NCBI GenBank assembly: GCA_003056265.1 | Contig: NBVN01000019.1 | Coordinates: 1 to 9,958 of the forward strand | Direction of reading: 5' to 3' | Source: Zestosphaera tikiterensis | Lineage (GTDB): Archaea > Thermoproteota > Thermoprotei_A > Sulfolobales > NBVN01 | DNA: 9,958 nucleotides | Shown: piece by piece, positions 7,497-9,958 of the stretch | Position numbering within the stretch: position 1 is the stretch's first letter | Layout of the letters: every line of letters begins with the position of its first letter | The notes under the pieces: model-generated | Database searches by the model: none | What the model was told of the DNA's origin: nothing | The model's input: only the letters and a program-made list of their open reading frames with translations | Made by a program: the position numbers and the translations under genes

Positions 7497-8515
7497 TAAA
7501 TCCTCCCTTTAGCCTCTTTAAGGGCTTCGATTATTGCCTCCTCCGGAGTAGTGTAGCACTTATCAGCTTTACATTCTTCTTCTGAATACCCGAAGATCAT
7601 AGTGTTAAAGCTTACTTTCGCTTTTTTCTGAAGGCCGCGGAGCATGTAGTCTTGCGTGAAGCTACTTGGCAATGTGAAAACGTCGTTTGAAACGGCGATA
7701 GCTATGGATTCCCACCTAAGATCTGCTGGGTTAAACCTAGTTCTCTTAGCACCTATCGGGAACTCTACTAAAAGTCTTTGAAGGGCGTTTAAGGCGGCTG
7801 TTGCCCTGTTTTTGATGTTGTTCTGTGTTAAGCCCTCAACTATCTTACCATAGCTATCCATATGGAAGGTATGCTTTCCTATAAATCTAGTGTCTAAGTC
7901 AAATGCGAATGTGAATACTGCTGACGATACTTCAACGTAGTATATCATCTGCCCTGCTGCTCTCTCACCTTCACCAACAGCAACGAACTTCGTTCCTAAA
8001 GCGTATCTGCTGTGAAGCTGAGGATCTATAGATACTGCCTTGAGTGCTTCTTTAACTGGAATCATATATCCTGTGAAGAAGCTGGAGGTTCTTTTTACGT
8101 TGGGTTTTTCAGCGTATAGGAAGCCGCCTAAATCCTCAACCCCGCAGTTAACGACTATTTTCTCCTCAATTTCTTTTTCTGGTGTTGTGTGTTCTTTCTT
8201 AGTTTTCTCAGGTGGTTCGCTTTTTGTTACTAGCTTATATACTTCAGCGTTCGTACTTTTTAGGAATATTCCTTTCTCACATAATGGACATACCTTCTCA
8301 TTTAGCTTTTTAAGTTCTTCAGCTAGGATTGCCTGATATGCGTGAGCTATGCTTTCGCCGGATATCGACGGGACGAAGAACGTTATGTAGTTCCCTCCCT
8401 CTTTAACTATTACGGGAACTCTCCTATGTTTTACGTAGTTTCCTACGCTTTCAACCATGTTAGCTGCTTCTGCTTGAAGCCAGATCCTACCTCTTACGGA
8501 TACGTATACCATCAT
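7496..8515 (-). CDS. cas7: Cas7 (Csa2) Cascade backbone subunit
   Basis: 339 aa. Csa2-type motifs AEAANMVESVGNYVKHRR and ISGESIAHAY. Its ATG overlaps the csa5 stop (TAATG). Confidence 0.9.
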   Translation of the reverse strand: MMVYVSVRGRIWLQAEAANMVESVGNYVKHRRVPVIVKEGGNYITFFVPSISGESIAHAYQAILAEELKKLNEKVCPLCEKGIFLKSTNAEVYKLVTKSEPPEKTKKEHTTPEKEIEEKIVVNCGVEDLGGFLYAEKPNVKRTSSFFTGYMIPVKEALKAVSIDPQLHSRYALGTKFVAVGEGERAAGQMIYYVEVSSAVFTFAFDLDTRFIGKHTFHMDSYGKIVEGLTQNNIKNRATAALNALQRLLVEFPIGAKRTRFNPADLRWESIAIAVSNDVFTLPSSFTQDYMLRGLQKKAKVSFNTMIFGYSEEECKADKCYTTPEEAIIEALKEAKGRI

Positions 8516-9045
8516 TACTCACCCCCCTTCCTAATAAAGTACTTAAGTAGTGCTGTCTTCTCAGCTAACTCCTTAATGCGTTCTTCAGGTTCACCTAATT
8601 CCTTGGCTAGGGTTGGGGCGTTGGTTAGGATCTCTTTTTTAAGATCCTCCACGTTTTCCCGATATTTGCTTAGTTCTTTAAGTTTGTTTATAACTTTACT
8701 GGCTAGTTCGTATTGTTCTCTGCTTGCTATTCTAGCGGCTTCTGAAAGTGCTTGAGCTGTTATTAAGGATGTAATTTCTCTTAGTTCGGTGACGCTCTGG
8801 GTTTTTCTTATTTCGTTTAATTCTTTCTCTATACTGCTGAAGGATATCGTGTCAGCTAACTCCTTAGCTTTCTCGAAACCTCTATTCATTAATGAGTGGA
8901 AGTCTCTTAAAGCTTCTCTTATGTGGTATAGGGCAACGTCTTTAGATGAGGATTGAGAGAGCTTATCTACGTATGTGTAACTGCCCTGTTCAACAATTAA
9001 AGCAGCAAGTACTTTTGATATCTCATAAAGTTCTACTCTACTCAA
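8515..9045 (-). CDS. csa5: Csa5 (Cas11a-like small subunit), first gene of the interference operon
   Basis: 176 aa, sequence pattern looks alpha-helical, directly upstream of and translationally coupled to cas7, as csa5 is in I-A loci. Called by position and size rather than by motif. TTG start at 9045. Confidence 0.6.
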   Translation of the reverse strand: MSRVELYEISKVLAALIVEQGSYTYVDKLSQSSSKDVALYHIREALRDFHSLMNRGFEKAKELADTISFSSIEKELNEIRKTQSVTELREITSLITAQALSEAARIASREQYELASKVINKLKELSKYRENVEDLKKEILTNAPTLAKELGEPEERIKELAEKTALLKYFIRKGGE

Positions 9046-9169
9046 AGTTAAGCACCGTAATCTTCTTGAGGCTGTTCAATATAAACTTTACTCTGCAACA
9101 AAGCCCCGACGGTTTCCCCTTAAGTTGCATGTCTCTATATAAGCTTTTAACGTTTGGTTTCATATTATT
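9046..9169. promoter_or_regulatory. Divergent promoter region for the csa5 operon (-) and csa3 (+)
   Basis: 124-nt intergenic region. TTTATATT on the minus strand (9078-9085) lies about 35 nt upstream of the csa5 start. TATATAA (9136-9142) lies about 30 nt upstream of the csa3 ATG. Confidence 0.45.
9136..9142 (+). promoter_or_regulatory. Candidate TATA box of csa3 (near-leaderless transcript predicted)
   Basis: TATATAA is centred about 31 nt upstream of the ATG at 9170, which places the expected TSS within a few nt of the start codon. No Shine-Dalgarno-like sequence is seen. Confidence 0.45.
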
Positions 9170-9796
9170 ATGATACCTATGGGGAAGGCGTTCGTAGCAA
9201 CTTTAGGTTTTGAGCCGTCAGCTATTTTAAGGCTTGTTGGGGAGAAGGGCATATCTTCAGATGATGTTATATACCTCATAACGTCTAAGACTCCACACCC
9301 AAGGGTTGAGAACGCCATTAAAAGCGTTAAAGACTTCGTTGATAAGATATCACCTAAAGCGTTCGTTGAGGTTTTAAGACTGGATGAAAACAGCCTCGAA
9401 GAAAATATAGCGACTTTAGCTAAACTGCTTAAAACCATGGAAGAACCTATAGTGGACATCACAGGAGGGCCTAAAGGACTGTCTATAGCACTTTACCTAG
9501 CGGCAGGTTTCGCCAACATAGGTAAAGTATACATAACAACAGAAACAACTGGCGAAAGACTAGAAATACCTACGATACAACCACCAACACATACCTTAAC
9601 ACCAAAGCAGGTAGAAATACTAAAACAGCTACCCAACAAACTAACCAAAATAGCAGAAAACACAAAAACTTCAAAGTCAACGATATCAAAACAACTTAAA
9701 GGACTGATAAATAAAGGACTAGCATACAAAGAAAACAAAACCTTCCACCCCACACTTCAAGGAAAAATAACACTAAAGCTAATAGAACATAAATAA
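9170..9796 (+). CDS. csa3: Csa3 CARF-domain / winged-HTH transcriptional regulator
   Basis: 208 aa. N-terminal CARF-like Rossmann motifs ATLGFEPS and DITGGPKG. C-terminal HTH LTKIAENTKTSKSTISKQLKGLINKGLA. Divergent from the interference operon. Confidence 0.85.
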   Translation: MIPMGKAFVATLGFEPSAILRLVGEKGISSDDVIYLITSKTPHPRVENAIKSVKDFVDKISPKAFVEVLRLDENSLEENIATLAKLLKTMEEPIVDITGGPKGLSIALYLAAGFANIGKVYITTETTGERLEIPTIQPPTHTLTPKQVEILKQLPNKLTKIAENTKTSKSTISKQLKGLINKGLAYKENKTFHPTLQGKITLKLIEHK

Positions 9797-9801
9797 CCCA
9801 A

Positions 9802-9811
9802 TTTTTGTTTT
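9802..9811 (+). terminator. Oligo-T tract TTTTTGTTTT, candidate archaeal terminator for csa3
   Basis: Begins 6 nt after the csa3 stop, at the inner edge of the right leader. The complementary copy at 175-184 presents the same T-tract on the minus strand. Predicted from sequence only. Confidence 0.3.
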
Positions 9812-9867
9812 GGTGGAATGTTGTGGGTGGTGTTTTCATGACTGATTAAATTCCACTAAATAAAAAC

Positions 9868-9875
9868 ATATAAAA
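9868..9875 (+). promoter_or_regulatory. Candidate TATA box (ATATAAAA) of the right leader promoter
   Basis: Best TATA-like element in the leader. The expected TSS near 9898 gives a pre-crRNA 5' leader of about 35 nt. Predicted only. Confidence 0.3.
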
Positions 9876-9933
9876 CAACATTAGAAAATATGAAAAAGGA
9901 GAAAAACACACAGAAAAACCACACAAAACCTCA

Positions 9934-9958
9934 GTATCAAAAAAGAATGAATTGAAAG
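9934..9958 (+). CRISPR. Putative first CRISPR repeat unit of the right array: GTATCAAAAAAGAATGAATTGAAAG
   Basis: Terminal GAATTGAAAG motif, identical to the inverted copy at 28-52. The window ends exactly at the repeat end. The 5' boundary is approximate because no second unit is visible. Confidence 0.55.

Larger units (their letters stand above)
9800..9933 (+). promoter_or_regulatory. Putative CRISPR leader of the right array (transcription rightward)
   Basis: AT-rich non-coding sequence between csa3 and the repeat-like unit, an inverted duplicate of 53-186. The proximal part is CA-rich (AAAAACACACAG AAAAACCACACA). Confidence 0.55.
9800..9958. repeat. Right arm of the 159-bp inverted repeat (partner 28-186)
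   Basis: See the left arm. 157/159 complementary. Starts 3 nt after the csa3 stop codon and runs to the window edge. Confidence 0.97.

Noticed and set aside
7496-8515. CPLC pair and Lys/Glu-rich insertion in Cas7, as a novel zinc-binding domain
   Set aside because: Cys pairs and variable insertions occur in Csa2/DevR-type Cas7 proteins. Nothing here can be judged unusual without an alignment.
9094-9129. Inverted hexamers TGCAAC-N24-GTTGCA in the csa5/csa3 intergenic region, as a regulator binding site
   Set aside because: A 6-bp inverted pair at arbitrary spacing in 124 nt is about what chance predicts, and the flanks do not extend the symmetry.
5745-9462. Plus-strand ORFs 5745-6026, 6378-6716, 6721-6906, 6997-7185, 8040-8336, 8342-8755 and 8946-9173, and minus-strand ORF 9160-9462
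   Set aside because: All lie antisense within well-supported cas genes. They have low-complexity Ser/Leu/Phe-rich translations, no recognisable motifs and no promoter space, so they are typical shadow ORFs.
9493-9753. 86-aa hydrophobic ORF antisense to csa3, as a possible small membrane protein gene
   Set aside because: Its hydrophobicity follows directly from the G+T-rich strand composition. It has no Shine-Dalgarno sequence before the GTG, and it lies wholly inside the clearly genuine HTH-coding part of csa3. It is kept only as a possible antisense RNA (see findings).
187-9799. Search for internal copies of the repeat terminus (GAATTGAAAG or CTTTCAATTC), or a mini-array inside the cassette
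   Set aside because: I found none by eye. Intergenic space is limited to 187-221, 1108-1240, 9046-9169 and 9797-9799, which is too small for an array or an additional gene.
28-9958. Terminal inverted repeats plus a cas1 gene could suggest a casposon or another TIR-bounded mobile element, or an ITR-type linear virus or plasmid genome
   Set aside because: There is no polymerase B, transposase, integrase or viral hallmark gene. cas1 sits in a full adaptation/interference set with cas2, cas4 and csa1. The repeat ends in a canonical CRISPR-repeat terminus (GAATTGAAAG). Twin leaders are the simpler explanation.

Overview
The window is essentially one complete, intact subtype I-A (Csa/Apern-type) CRISPR-Cas gene cassette from an AT-rich archaeon. 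It looks crenarchaeal (Sulfolobales/Desulfurococcales-like), judged from gene content, a GAATTGAAAG repeat terminus, frequent TTG/GTG starts, TATA-type promoters and tightly overlapping genes. Left to right: cas2 (+), cas4 (-) and csa1-cas1 (+). Next comes a six-gene interference operon on the minus strand (csa5-cas7-cas5a-putative cas8a-cas3'-cas3''), then the divergent CARF-wHTH regulator csa3 (+). All 11 long ORFs are explained by cas families; the other ORF-track entries look like antisense shadows. The most striking non-genic structure is a 159-bp inverted repeat (28-186 vs 9800-9958, 157/159 identical by hand alignment). It brackets the whole cassette and ends in a CRISPR-repeat-like 25-mer. 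I read it as twin outward-firing CRISPR leaders plus the first repeat of two arrays that continue beyond both window edges. Secondary observations: (1) a mirror-image strand-composition skew reaches about 250-300 nt inward of both leaders: cas2 is about 6% C on its coding strand and the 3' half of csa3 is about 75% A+C; (2) the adaptation module is fragmented, with convergent overlapping genes; (3) an 18-bp palindrome sits on the csa1 promoter; (4) there is no cas6 inside the leader-bounded cassette; (5) the large-subunit candidate has no motif I can recognise. I see no evidence for a non-CRISPR or clearly new system. The novelty here is architectural and needs flanking sequence, transcript data and database searches to confirm.
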